64,000 nucleotides of DNA from an uncultured Candidatus Sumerlaeota bacterium (GCA_964389675.1 CAYMEV010000007.1:62001-126000), one strand, 5' to 3'; shown: positions 26,544 to 37,569, counted from the first letter of the stretch. Notes: generated by a model not told the origin, from the letters alone. Made by a program: numbers and translations.

Positions 26544-28250
26544 ATGGATCAGAGAAAAAGCTTAATAAACAGACTGGAGCTGGAGGATGATCAAAGGGTA
26601 AGGGATATTCTGAACCTTCCGCCTGAAAAAAGGGCCCTAAGACTTCTGGATAGTGAATTTTCAGACAGGATAATACCTCTTATTCCTCCTGAAGAGCTAT
26701 TTTTAACAATAAAAGATAGTGAAGAAAATGATATAGTCTCCATATTAAGGTATTCAACAGCCAGTCAGATAAATTTCTTTCTTGATATAGATTTTTGGGT
26801 AGGTGATGACCTGGACCTCAATAAATTTGAAAAATGGATCAAATACATAACACAGCTTGATTACGACCATTTGGCAGCAGCTGTTAAAAACCTGAATCTT
26901 GAGCTTATTGCCCTGTGCTTTTCATTTTATGTAAATATTATGTTCAGGATTGATAAGGATGACAACCGTGAAATTGAAGGTGATACCATTGACGGTGTTT
27001 ATTATTTTAAGTTCAAAGCAGGCTGGGTGAAGGACCCTTTTATTTATTTCATAGATATTATTAAAGCAGAATATGGAAACCTCTACCTGGAATTCTTAAG
27101 AAGCATATTCGGAGCTGTTCAGACAGAGGACCAATATCAGGAGCTCAGGTTGAGAAACTCAAGGTTAAGCAGTTTTGGTTATCCTGACTACGAAACAGCT
27201 GTACTAATCTACAGGGGTATTTCTCTTAAAGAGCTTATGCTGCAGCCAAAAAAAGACAGCACAGCTGATATTAGTAATCTCCTTGAAAACAGGACAGACG
27301 GAGGATACAGCGATATACTCCCAAACTACCCTGCCCTTTACAGGGGAAAAAAGACATATTTCTTTGATTCTTTATATGATAAACTTGATACGGCAGTTCA
27401 GGATGAGGTCAGATTTGAGCTTTCACATCTCTCCAATTGTATCATTATTGCAAGCAAGACAGAAGATATAACAGGAAACGTAATCAGGGATTCTATTTTA
27501 AGGGCAAAGGGATATATCAATCTTTCAATTGAGATGCTGGCCAATAATCAGGAGGATAAAGCACTTCTTATTCTAAAGAACCTCTACCTTAAATCCCTGT
27601 TTCAGTACGCAAATTTTATGATTAATAATCTCAGGAATAAAAGCCGTAAACTTGTCAAGAAAGGAATCTTCGAGCATTTTTCAGATATTAACCAGGCTAT
27701 GGAATTTCTTGGAGAGTATTACAGCGGATACTTAAAGGGCCTTTTTATGAGAGTGCCGCTGTATTTCTACAGGGATGAAAATTCACTTGATTCATACAGG
27801 GACTTTGAATGTACGGGAGACATCAAAAAGGTCGAGGATGTCCTCAATGGCCTGTCTCTCTCAGGAGAAATACTACTGAAAATATTTAAGATCAGTCCCC
27901 TGGATATCTATAAATTTCACTGTGACACCCGGGGAGATCTTTTTGTCTGCCTGTCAACGGTCCTTCTGAGGATGCTCTGGGATAATGAGCCGAAACTTCA
28001 ACCATTTGAAAAAAATGAGCTTGCTGAACTTATAAATAGCCTGAAAAAGGATGAAAAAGTTTTTTATGAATTTAACAGCAGGATCCAGAAATACCTCGCA
28101 GCAAATCTGAAAGGCTTTTCAGATAATTATGCTGTTTCTGAAATAATTACCAGTTCAATAATGAACATATTTGAAGAGATAAGATACATTAACTATTTAA
28201 TACCTGATGAAATCCACAAAACAATATCTTCAATTGCTTATATGGAATAA
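26544..28250 (+). CDS. DUF6178-like hypothetical protein
   Basis: QINFFLDIDFW and RNSRLSSFGYPDYETA patterns recalled from this family; long intact ORF abutting ptb. Confidence 0.55.
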   Translation: MDQRKSLINRLELEDDQRVRDILNLPPEKRALRLLDSEFSDRIIPLIPPEELFLTIKDSEENDIVSILRYSTASQINFFLDIDFWVGDDLDLNKFEKWIKYITQLDYDHLAAAVKNLNLELIALCFSFYVNIMFRIDKDDNREIEGDTIDGVYYFKFKAGWVKDPFIYFIDIIKAEYGNLYLEFLRSIFGAVQTEDQYQELRLRNSRLSSFGYPDYETAVLIYRGISLKELMLQPKKDSTADISNLLENRTDGGYSDILPNYPALYRGKKTYFFDSLYDKLDTAVQDEVRFELSHLSNCIIIASKTEDITGNVIRDSILRAKGYINLSIEMLANNQEDKALLILKNLYLKSLFQYANFMINNLRNKSRKLVKKGIFEHFSDINQAMEFLGEYYSGYLKGLFMRVPLYFYRDENSLDSYRDFECTGDIKKVEDVLNGLSLSGEILLKIFKISPLDIYKFHCDTRGDLFVCLSTVLLRMLWDNEPKLQPFEKNELAELINSLKKDEKVFYEFNSRIQKYLAANLKGFSDNYAVSEIITSSIMNIFEEIRYINYLIPDEIHKTISSIAYME

Positions 28251-28267
28251 AAATAATAATCATTGTT

Positions 28268-30040
28268 ATGGAAACAAAAAAATCTCATATTTCTGAATAT
28301 CTGATATTTTTCCTGGTATTTGCCTTAATATTATTCGGGTTCTTTGGTGTCCTTTATGTTGTTCAGGTCCCAATATTCGAGGGATATGATGAAATTGCTC
28401 ATTATTACAGGATTATCGGTGGTGACAGGATATTTCGCATTACTCCAGAGCTGGATATAAACCGCCTTGCTTTGAAAGAAGATGATAAAGAACGTATAAG
28501 TGAGCTGCAGAGAAACCTGAATCGATTATACTATCCATTTAATGAAAATACTATTTTAAGTCAGTATCAGCTTCATCAGCCACCGCTTTATTATGATCTG
28601 CTTGGTCTTGTAAGCTACGGATTACCATCAGGGAATTACGATATTTTTGTTAATCCCTATTTTATGGATGACTCATCAAACCTGTTTTACAATAATATTC
28701 AAGGGGTAAGGAACTCAGGCAGTATTTCAAAGAATGTGATATTCTACAGGTTCATATCAAACATTATGATGATAATATGTGTCATGCTGCTGTTTTTAAT
28801 ATTGAGGCAAGGATTTCCAGATAAGTCCCTTGTTGTATTTACTGGAATATTTATGCTTTTCTCAATACCACAGTTTATTTTTACCGGTTCAATAATCAAT
28901 AATGATATTCTTCTGCTGGTTTTTTCATTCCTGGCTATATACCTCTTCCATGTCCTTTTGAATTCAGATTTCAAAAATCCTGTGGCCATAATAGTCCTTC
29001 TCATTATTCTTCCCCTGGGGCTATTTGCAAAGCTAAGCTTTATTGCAATCTTCATTTCAGTAATCTCTTATCTGCTGATTTTCCAGAGGACGCTCATTCG
29101 AAAGTATATCTGGTGGTTTTTGGGACTGGCAGCATTTTTCTTTTTAACTGTATATTCACTGGACAGCGGTTACCTGGTCAACCTGTCTGCTACTATCCGG
29201 ATGTATTTATACAATACAATGCATACAATGCCAGCAAATATTGACCTTGCTGATTTTATAAAGGAATTGTTCAAGAGCTTCTATGGTGTTTTCGGATGGA
29301 AAAATATATATTTGCGAAGGTTTGATTATATAATTTATCTCTTGATTACATCTGTTTTTATATTTTCTTTTATAAAAGGGTTTGTAAACTGCATTAAAAA
29401 GAAGGAAGAGAAAAGAGATCTTTTTATATTTAATACTTTTATAATATCTGCAAACCTGCTTCTGTATTTTTTTTATTATCTTTTTTCAAAGCAGCCTCAG
29501 GGGCGCTTTCTTTTCATATCCATACCGTCATTAATATTTATTACAATGACGGCTCTTATAAATTATAGAAAGATCCTAACAGCTTTCTGTATTTTCTTTT
29601 TTTTATGGGGTATATACATTAACAGCTATGTTACCTGCAGTATGCTTCCCGGAAGGTACTCAAAACCAGCGCCCCTGTACCTGAAAAAAAGTGAAAATGG
29701 CAGAATTTTTCAGATCATTCCCGGAATGGGATTCAGGAACATTGAAAATAAAGTGTTCTATTATGACCTTTCTTTTATTAATATATACAGCAATATCCAG
29801 GCAGAAAGCACAAGACTGTCTTTTACATACACGAACCTGGCTGACAGACTCAATAGGCAGCTGCTGATCGATGCCCTGTGCGGCAGGATATATTACCCTC
29901 GAATTGAAGGTGACAGTATTGTATACAATATTGACAATCTTTCCTGCGGAAGAAATACATTCTATATTTACAACGGGATTAAATCAGATGATACCAGGAT
30001 ATACAGTAATAAAAACCTGATAAGCATAAATATAGACTGA
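28268..30040 (+). CDS. GT-C fold membrane glycosyltransferase (PMT/ArnT/DUF2142-like)
   Basis: YDEIAHY, HQPPLYY, INND, AKLS and QGRF motifs; many TM helices. Confidence 0.7.
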   Translation: METKKSHISEYLIFFLVFALILFGFFGVLYVVQVPIFEGYDEIAHYYRIIGGDRIFRITPELDINRLALKEDDKERISELQRNLNRLYYPFNENTILSQYQLHQPPLYYDLLGLVSYGLPSGNYDIFVNPYFMDDSSNLFYNNIQGVRNSGSISKNVIFYRFISNIMMIICVMLLFLILRQGFPDKSLVVFTGIFMLFSIPQFIFTGSIINNDILLLVFSFLAIYLFHVLLNSDFKNPVAIIVLLIILPLGLFAKLSFIAIFISVISYLLIFQRTLIRKYIWWFLGLAAFFFLTVYSLDSGYLVNLSATIRMYLYNTMHTMPANIDLADFIKELFKSFYGVFGWKNIYLRRFDYIIYLLITSVFIFSFIKGFVNCIKKKEEKRDLFIFNTFIISANLLLYFFYYLFSKQPQGRFLFISIPSLIFITMTALINYRKILTAFCIFFFLWGIYINSYVTCSMLPGRYSKPAPLYLKKSENGRIFQIIPGMGFRNIENKVFYYDLSFINIYSNIQAESTRLSFTYTNLADRLNRQLLIDALCGRIYYPRIEGDSIVYNIDNLSCGRNTFYIYNGIKSDDTRIYSNKNLISINID

Positions 30041-30132
30041 CCTGAATCCGGGAATTTTCCTGACAATGAAGCATGCTGCTAAAATTGCCAAAATATATTG
30101 ACAGCAGGAGCAAAGCTGATTTAATAAAAAAA

Positions 30133-32460
30133 ATGCGCAGGATTTGCTCCATATTTCTTTTTCTGGCCGTCTTCTCAGCATTAGTATGGGATTGCAGCAG
30201 GCCACCATCAGGAAATAAGATAACCAGGATAGACCAGGTCCTGATAGAGGGAAGGTTTGAATATTTGCTCCAGCCGATTATTTCGGGGTTTATCCTATCT
30301 GATAAAGATGACCGGAACAGGCCTAACTTCACAGATTTCATGCATTATGATGAAGCTTTAGGGAGGAATCTTTACAGAATAAGGCAAAGGTTCCTTCATA
30401 TGGAGATCCCGATACTTGGGGAAAATAATTTTATTGATTTTTATGTAAAGGCTTATACTGATAAGGATCCTTTTATGAAGCTTAATGTTTTTCTGAATAA
30501 TACACTGATCTCTACAAGCATGGTTACAGATAAGATAAAGAGACTAAGGATCAGAATTGATGAAAGCCTAATATCATCAGAAGAGAGGAATTTTATAAGA
30601 TTATCCCTGTTTGATGTTGATAAAGTACTAACAAAAATAGAGAAAGAAAGTGATAAAGGATCAGAGTTTAATTTTATAATTTCTGATTTTTCAATAGCTG
30701 GAGATGACCCATTACCCAAAAAATACAGATACAATTATAAAAGATGGGTAGCTGACAGAATTCTTGTTCCAGCTGAGACAAAGCTTGTTTTTAATGTAGA
30801 CCCTGACAGTAATTCATATCTTTTATTTTCTTATCATGGGCTTAATTTATGCAGGGATAACAGTGCTCAGGAAGAAAAATCCATCAGGGTGAGCGGATTA
30901 TATAAGAATATGACCAGGAAAAAAGAGCTTAAGAAATTTTCTGTTTATGACCAGACAAAGCTGAAAAATATCCTGGTACCCCTGAAAGATTACTTCGAAG
31001 CAGTTGAAATCATGTATGATTCCACAAGTGACAGAGATGCAATAGCTTTTGGAAATATTATGGTGGTGCCCATGGTAGATAAAGAAAAGAAAACAGATGT
31101 ATTCAGCATTTGTGTGGATACTCTGAGAAGAGACCGTTTAGGTGTTTACGGTTATAATAGGGATACTTCACCAAACATTGACAGTTTTGCAAGGGATTCA
31201 ACTGTCTACTTAAATGCTAACTCAAACTCGTCCTGGACATATCCGTCAGCCTTCTATCACTATTTCGGGCAGCCTCCATTTGAACATAATTATGAATGGG
31301 GATTTAATCTGCTCATACCCTCAGATTTAAATTCAGCGGTAGAGTCTTTTCAGAATAATGACTATATTACGATCGGAATTATGGGAAACCCTCTTCTGGC
31401 TGATTATTTCGGTTATTCAAAGGGATTTGATTTCTTTTACGAGAATGAGATTAAGGACTGGGTTCTGGGAGGAAACCTGACTGGTGAGGCGATTGCATTT
31501 CTGGATGTTCTATCTGATTTTAACCTGTTTATGAACCTCTGGTACGCTGATCCGCATGACCCATACAATCCGCCGGGACTGTTCGATGGAAGTTATTTAT
31601 TTAAGGGTTCGAAAAGCGATTATCAGGATGTGAATATCGTGCATAAGATGATCATTGAAGATCCAGATAACACTGCAATTAGCAACGCTGTCTCTCTTCT
31701 CTCGGATCAGTATGACAGTGCAATACAGTATGTTGATTCGTGCATTGGTAAGCTTCTCGACTTTATAAAGAAAAAAGGGATCTACGATAATTCTGTAATA
31801 GTGATATTTGCAGATCATGGTGAGGAATTTTATGAGCATAGAAACCTGAAGCACGGCTACAGCCTCTTTGAAGAATCAATTAACGTACCGTTGATATTCA
31901 AGTATCCTGATGATAAACCTGCCGTGAATTCGATGAGCAATCCTGTTGATATTACTGATATATTTCCGACAATATGGGATATAATCGGAATTAAAAGGCC
32001 TGAAGGGTATAAATTGGGTCAGAACCTGAATAAACAGGATTACGGCAGGCTAATGATAGCAGCGACAGCGGCAAGCAGTCCTTTGAAGATAATGATGAAA
32101 AAGGATAATAAAAAATATATCAGGTTCTTCAAGGAGTATAATGACAGGTATGATAAATTTTTTCAACTTGAAAATATGGAATTTGAAAAGGTATTAAACC
32201 AGTATATCTATGATAAACATCCTGCATCAATGCTTTTTGACCTGGAAAAAAACCCCGGGGAAAGATTATCAAAAACTCATGATGATGCTGTCGATTCTTA
32301 TCTAAAATATTTTGAGAGCCTTACTGAGAATATTGAGGGAAGAATGCTGTCAAAATACTATAATGTTGAATATGATGAAGGACAGAAGGAAAAGGGCCCC
32401 GGCGATATAGAAGACAGGGAGGTAATTGATACATTGAGGTCACTGGGTTATATAAATTAG
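30133..32460 (+). CDS. Exported sulfatase-like hydrolase/transferase (alkaline phosphatase superfamily)
   Basis: VDTLRRD, SWTYPS, DPHDPY, ADHGEEF, HG and terminal LRSLGYI; signal-like N-terminus from ATG 30133. Confidence 0.8.
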   Translation: MRRICSIFLFLAVFSALVWDCSRPPSGNKITRIDQVLIEGRFEYLLQPIISGFILSDKDDRNRPNFTDFMHYDEALGRNLYRIRQRFLHMEIPILGENNFIDFYVKAYTDKDPFMKLNVFLNNTLISTSMVTDKIKRLRIRIDESLISSEERNFIRLSLFDVDKVLTKIEKESDKGSEFNFIISDFSIAGDDPLPKKYRYNYKRWVADRILVPAETKLVFNVDPDSNSYLLFSYHGLNLCRDNSAQEEKSIRVSGLYKNMTRKKELKKFSVYDQTKLKNILVPLKDYFEAVEIMYDSTSDRDAIAFGNIMVVPMVDKEKKTDVFSICVDTLRRDRLGVYGYNRDTSPNIDSFARDSTVYLNANSNSSWTYPSAFYHYFGQPPFEHNYEWGFNLLIPSDLNSAVESFQNNDYITIGIMGNPLLADYFGYSKGFDFFYENEIKDWVLGGNLTGEAIAFLDVLSDFNLFMNLWYADPHDPYNPPGLFDGSYLFKGSKSDYQDVNIVHKMIIEDPDNTAISNAVSLLSDQYDSAIQYVDSCIGKLLDFIKKKGIYDNSVIVIFADHGEEFYEHRNLKHGYSLFEESINVPLIFKYPDDKPAVNSMSNPVDITDIFPTIWDIIGIKRPEGYKLGQNLNKQDYGRLMIAATAASSPLKIMMKKDNKKYIRFFKEYNDRYDKFFQLENMEFEKVLNQYIYDKHPASMLFDLEKNPGERLSKTHDDAVDSYLKYFESLTENIEGRMLSKYYNVEYDEGQKEKGPGDIEDREVIDTLRSLGYIN

Positions 32461-34853
32461 AAAACTTCCTTTATTTTAATCCTAAAATATATATCGCTTA
32501 ATTCGAGTGAATCAAGAGGAAATGCAATATCAAAAGATATCAGGACGGGCAGCAGGTTCTGAAATTCTGTCAGTGCATTTATCCGGAATCCTATGTCTGT
32601 GGCATAATCATCTCCTATATGGCTGAAATTATCCCCAAGAAGGCTTGTTTCGAGGAATAATGAACCCTCCAGCCTCAGAAGAGTAAGTGTGTCAAAAAAA
32701 TCCTTGTCAATATTTCTCTTCAGGACGGTACCAGCTTCAATACCAAAGCCCAAATACTGGTTCATCTTAATTTTGCTGTTTTTCTCCGATACTGCTTTAT
32801 TATAGGATTTATGGTTGTAATAGATAAATGATGGTTTATCACCAGTTAGAATGCCTGTTTTAATATTATACCGGGTAAAAAAGTAGTTTGTCCAGTAATG
32901 ATTGTAATCATAATCTGCCGTTATATCTGCAAAATCGTACATACCAAAAAGCCTGCTTACCGAAGCCCTGTATGTAACTGATAATTCATAGCCATTGGTA
33001 AATTCATCCACTCTATTGGTTGTATTGTACATCAGCCCCAGATAATATATCTTATCAGTCTCATCCTCCATAGTTTTTATATTTTTATGAACCACATAGC
33101 TTGTAAAAAGCTGAAGTTCATGCTGGCTTTTCTTGTCTGTCAATTCCTTGCCGAATAATACCTTGCAGAGAAGTTTGCCGTCAAGGAGATCACTGTTTTT
33201 CTCCACTTCTATGCCGTAGGTTGTTTTTAAGACATCATCACGGGTTATAAAAAATTTATAAACATACCCTATATTGAGATCAAGTGGTTCAATAAGTATC
33301 TGGCTATTAGCATAAAAGTAGTAGGGATTTTGCTCAGGGTTATCAAAGAGAGTTATTATCCTAGGGTTGTTCTCGAATCCAACTGAGTATCTTGACAGGC
33401 TTCCGCGGCCCCTCAGGCTTCCCAGGTCACCTCTCTTTTCATCTTTTTCAGGCTGCAGATTGCCAGGTCCTGACCTGATGATTTCTTCAATCTCTTTCAG
33501 ATAGCCCTGTTCTTCAAGCTGGGAACGGAATATATCTTTAAGGTTCTCCTTGTAGGGGTCCTTTTTTAAAAGCCCTGCAATCAATCGATTGACATTGTCA
33601 GGTCCAATTATTTTCTTAAGTATGCTGAAAAAATTTATATTATGGTCAAGGTTCCCAAGGAAGTACCTGTAGGATTGGCTCAGTGTCAGCCTGTTCAATG
33701 ACAAGCCATATTTGGTATTGAGCTTGTCATAAAGCTCATTCAGGTCAACAGATGTTACAACGCTTAAGGCAAAAAGGCTTTTTGGTATCTGGGGCAGCTC
33801 TTTATGGCAGTAAAGATAATATTGTTCACTTAAAAATTCATTAATCATTGAGAGAAAAAGCTGGTCCCATAAATTTTCATATGCTGATTTATCAATAAAT
33901 TCAAGCATTAATGACCTTATTATATTAAAATCTACAAGCGACCTGAATTTTGGTTTTACGGATATTAATTTCGGGTCATAATATATCAGGTCTATACCCT
34001 TTATTAAAAGGTCATTCTCAATTGTTGCCGGCGATAGTATTACCTTCCCGGCTGGTTTAAAATTTGAATTGCTGATAAAGAAGCTATAGCAGTCAGAGAT
34101 AAAAAAGAACAGATTTGACAGCGAAGTGCAGTCCGGATTCAGGAAATGTATGAAAAATTTTATATTATCAATATTAAGCATCCTTGTATTGAGATGATCA
34201 GGCAGAATGGAGAAGGATATGAATGGGCAGTATTTTGGGTTCGACCTGAAAAATTTCCTGGACCCTGATGTTTTTAAAAAGCGGAAATCACCTAATAAAG
34301 TCATACTATCAGGAATACTAATCTGAAGATCATGCTTTGAAAGATATATGAAATGGCTGTCTGAAATGCTGGCTTTATCAACAATGAGAGGGTAGGGTGG
34401 ATAGATTGATGAAAGGACATTGTTAATAAAGCCAAATGGCCCTATTCTTGAGGGATATTTACTTCTCAGGTGAAAAGATATCACTGTTTTTTCATTTTCT
34501 GCAGGTACGGGAAGGGATATATAAGGATCAGAAACATCAGTATCAATTCCATACGGAGAGCCATTTATAGTGAAGCCGGTAACTGCAATACTTCCCGGGA
34601 AAAAATCAATCGGGTAAAGGTAGTTTGTTTTAACCCTTGAAAGCCTGGATTCCGATCTGAAGGTGTTTTGAAAAAAATATAGCGCAAATCCCTTGTTAAA
34701 TGAGCAGTCTTCTATTGTTATCCTTACATTGCCCTCAATTAAGCCATCTGGTTCATATGCCATATCTGCCTGATAGAGGATTTCTGCAACGGAGATACTG
34801 CATGAAATAGAAATTATGATAAATAAGCAAAAATAGATATATGCATATTTCAT
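32457..34853 (-). CDS. Exported protein, M1 aminopeptidase-like N-terminus (no HExxH seen) plus probable C-terminal beta-barrel
   Basis: Signal peptide; beta-rich N-domain; alternating aromatic strands; terminal Phe (IKIKEVF). Confidence 0.45.
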   Translation of the reverse strand: MKYAYIYFCLFIIISISCSISVAEILYQADMAYEPDGLIEGNVRITIEDCSFNKGFALYFFQNTFRSESRLSRVKTNYLYPIDFFPGSIAVTGFTINGSPYGIDTDVSDPYISLPVPAENEKTVISFHLRSKYPSRIGPFGFINNVLSSIYPPYPLIVDKASISDSHFIYLSKHDLQISIPDSMTLLGDFRFLKTSGSRKFFRSNPKYCPFISFSILPDHLNTRMLNIDNIKFFIHFLNPDCTSLSNLFFFISDCYSFFISNSNFKPAGKVILSPATIENDLLIKGIDLIYYDPKLISVKPKFRSLVDFNIIRSLMLEFIDKSAYENLWDQLFLSMINEFLSEQYYLYCHKELPQIPKSLFALSVVTSVDLNELYDKLNTKYGLSLNRLTLSQSYRYFLGNLDHNINFFSILKKIIGPDNVNRLIAGLLKKDPYKENLKDIFRSQLEEQGYLKEIEEIIRSGPGNLQPEKDEKRGDLGSLRGRGSLSRYSVGFENNPRIITLFDNPEQNPYYFYANSQILIEPLDLNIGYVYKFFITRDDVLKTTYGIEVEKNSDLLDGKLLCKVLFGKELTDKKSQHELQLFTSYVVHKNIKTMEDETDKIYYLGLMYNTTNRVDEFTNGYELSVTYRASVSRLFGMYDFADITADYDYNHYWTNYFFTRYNIKTGILTGDKPSFIYYNHKSYNKAVSEKNSKIKMNQYLGFGIEAGTVLKRNIDKDFFDTLTLLRLEGSLFLETSLLGDNFSHIGDDYATDIGFRINALTEFQNLLPVLISFDIAFPLDSLELSDIYFRIKIKEVF

Positions 34854-34873
34854 CTATAATACATGATATCAGG

Positions 34874-36406
34874 CTATATGCTGGGGGCTGGTACCTTTAA
34901 CAGCTGTCCTGCAACTATTCTGCTGGATTTTAGATTGTTTATTCTTTGCAGTTCTCTTACTGACGTGTTGTATTGTCTTGCAAGTTCATATAAAGTCATT
35001 CCCCTTGTAATCCTGACAACAAGGAAATCTCCTGGGCTATCGGATGTTTCCACCTCACTGCCAGATGAACCTTCTCCATAGTAGTTTGTTGCCGGTACTT
35101 TCAGTGTTCTTCCTGCAACTATCCTCGTGGATCTGAGATCATTAAGATGCATGAGCACTTTTACATTTGTATTATACATCCTGGCAATCTGAGAAAGGGT
35201 CATCCCTTTCTGAATTCTTATTACCATGCAATCTCCATCCCAGCTATACTGGTAAGCGTACCTGCTTTTATCCTTTTTATATCTGGTCTCATCTGAAAAA
35301 TATGCAGCAACCTTTGATGCAGAAGATTCAGGAATTAAAACAGTGAAATCTGAGGGGGGGATAATCCACTTGTCGTTCAGAAGATGAGGGTTGAACGCTT
35401 TGAAATCTTCAAGACTTATATTAATGCTGTCAGCAAGGCCCTTTGGTGAGAAAGCTTTTTCGATCTCCACTTCCTGGAGATTATTTTCAGAATACTCAAC
35501 CCTCTCCAGATCATAAGCTTCAGGGTTTTCCCATATTATTATTGCAGCCAGAATCTTTGAGACATATTCCTTTGTTTCCCTTTTCAAAAAATTTCCTGAT
35601 TCAAGTATATGCCAGTCTTTTGTGTATCCGGCATTAATCATTGCCCTGAAAATCCTCCCTTCACCGGCATTATATGCTGCTAAAGCAAGTTTCCAGTCGC
35701 CAAAAAGGGTGTATAAATTGGACAGATACTTTGCACTGGCTCTTGCTGCCTTGGTCAAATGGTACCTTTCTTCAATATAGCTTGTCCTTCTAAGGCTGTA
35801 TATTTTTGCAGTACTCCTTATGAACTGAAATAGACCCGCTGCCCGTGATCTTGAAAGAGCCCTTGGCTTCCAGGCGCTTTCAACTGAAACCAGCCCTATG
35901 CCGATCATATAGGGAAGACCTTCATCCTCAAATACTTCCCTGACAATATTATAAAGCAGAGCTGACCTGTGTATTGCCTGTTGGGTGGTGCCTTTTCTGT
36001 TTACGGACAGGAAATTGATTGCAGCATTCAGCTTGGAATCGTTATCATAAGCAAAAAAATCCTTTACATGGTCAATAAACTTTAAATTCTGTTCCTTGAC
36101 ACATAAAACTGGTTTATAGTCTGAATCAGGGATGGAATCATGAGCCAAAGAACCTGGCTCCTCAGTAAATTCATCATATTGAAATTCTCCAGATGATTCA
36201 AGATCAAAGTCATTAAAATAAGTAAAATCATTCTCTTCTTCAGGCTCAGCAGGTTTTTCAATTTCCTCCTCCTGCATTTCATGTGCAATATTTTTATCAG
36301 CAATGTCAGTCCCGTCAGTCTGGCTGGGTTTTCTGAAGCTGCAGCCGGTCAATAGCAACAGCAAAATAGAGAAGATTAAAATAGGAGCCTTTTTCATAAA
36401 ATTCAT
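34874..36406 (-). CDS. MltD-like lytic transglycosylase lipoprotein (SLT + 2 LysM)
   Basis: Lipobox LTGC; VES catalytic Glu; AAGLFQF; AAYNAG; two LysM repeats (GMTLSQIARMYNT / GMTLYELARQYNT). Confidence 0.9.
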   Translation of the reverse strand: MNFMKKAPILIFSILLLLLTGCSFRKPSQTDGTDIADKNIAHEMQEEEIEKPAEPEEENDFTYFNDFDLESSGEFQYDEFTEEPGSLAHDSIPDSDYKPVLCVKEQNLKFIDHVKDFFAYDNDSKLNAAINFLSVNRKGTTQQAIHRSALLYNIVREVFEDEGLPYMIGIGLVSVESAWKPRALSRSRAAGLFQFIRSTAKIYSLRRTSYIEERYHLTKAARASAKYLSNLYTLFGDWKLALAAYNAGEGRIFRAMINAGYTKDWHILESGNFLKRETKEYVSKILAAIIIWENPEAYDLERVEYSENNLQEVEIEKAFSPKGLADSINISLEDFKAFNPHLLNDKWIIPPSDFTVLIPESSASKVAAYFSDETRYKKDKSRYAYQYSWDGDCMVIRIQKGMTLSQIARMYNTNVKVLMHLNDLRSTRIVAGRTLKVPATNYYGEGSSGSEVETSDSPGDFLVVRITRGMTLYELARQYNTSVRELQRINNLKSSRIVAGQLLKVPAPSI

Positions 36407-36544
36407 CCTTCTGATTTGTTTTTATTAAAGAAATAATACATTTGCAATTCTATTTGTCAAACTTAAAAAAGCATGTCAGAACCATGAATTTTAATCCTGT
36501 TTAGGATAAAAAGAATAAAAATGCTTCAAAAATGCATTTTTTAT

Positions 36545-36573
36545 TTGACTATTGAATTTGTGATTGCTAATGT
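36545..36573 (+). promoter_or_regulatory. Putative sigma70 promoter of the M23 peptidase gene
   Basis: TTGACT-17 nt-TAATGT with TG extended -10. Confidence 0.45.
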
Positions 36574-36628
36574 AAATTTTATATGATTAGCAAACATTTT
36601 CTATATATAGATATAAGGTTTCTCTAAA

Positions 36629-37564
36629 ATGAATTTCAGCAAATATACAGTCTACCTGATACCAGGTGACAATAAGGACCCCAGGATAGTATCTTTTTCT
36701 AAACCTGCTGTCATAGCTATATGCGCAGTATCAATTTTTCTAATATTGTCTACCCTCGTATCCGGTATTATGCTTTTGAACATCTACAGCAGGTATCATT
36801 CTGTCTGCACTGATCTTGAGAAGGAGATTTCCAGCAATGTTCTGCTTAAAAATGATATTAAGCTGAAAGGTGACCATCTTATGTATGTAGATCAAAAGGT
36901 TGAGCACCTGGATGAGCTTTCCAGCAGGCTTTTTGCCATGGTCGGACTGTCATCGAAGATCTATGATTACACAGTATCAGGACGAGGCGGACAATCAAGC
37001 AATGAGATAAAAAGCAATGAGAATTCATATCGCCTTTATTACATGAACTATATGAAATCCAAGAAGAATGAATATATTGAATCACTTGTTGATCAGGTCG
37101 ATGATCTTACGGCAAACTATGCCTATATTGAAAAGATAATAAAAGAAAACAATCATATACTTTCTAATATTCCCACCCTCACGCCTACATCAGGATATAT
37201 TTCATCCAGTTATGGCTACCGGAAAAGCCCGTTTACAGGCAGAAAGGAATTTCACAGGGGTGTTGATATATCCGCTCCAGCAGGGACTCCGGTTGTTGTA
37301 CCGGCTGATGGGAAGGTCGTTTTTACAGGCTATAAGACGGGATTTGGCAATACGGTCATTGTCGAACATGATTTTGGTTATGTGACCCATTATGCTCACC
37401 TGAAGGATTATTGCGTAAAACGGTGGCAAAATGTCCAGAGGGGTGAGCTGTTAGGGCATGTAGGAAATACAGGAAGAAGTACAGGCCCTCATCTGCATTA
37501 TGAAGTTCTGTTTCATGGTGTTAATGTTAATCCAGCCAGATATTTCTTCGATCTGGTAGAATAG
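36629..37564 (+). CDS. M23 family metallopeptidase (membrane-anchored, coiled coil)
   Basis: HRGVD, YAHL and STGPHLHYE motifs; N-terminal TM. Confidence 0.92.
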   Translation: MNFSKYTVYLIPGDNKDPRIVSFSKPAVIAICAVSIFLILSTLVSGIMLLNIYSRYHSVCTDLEKEISSNVLLKNDIKLKGDHLMYVDQKVEHLDELSSRLFAMVGLSSKIYDYTVSGRGGQSSNEIKSNENSYRLYYMNYMKSKKNEYIESLVDQVDDLTANYAYIEKIIKENNHILSNIPTLTPTSGYISSSYGYRKSPFTGRKEFHRGVDISAPAGTPVVVPADGKVVFTGYKTGFGNTVIVEHDFGYVTHYAHLKDYCVKRWQNVQRGELLGHVGNTGRSTGPHLHYEVLFHGVNVNPARYFFDLVE

Positions 37565-37569
37565 TACCT

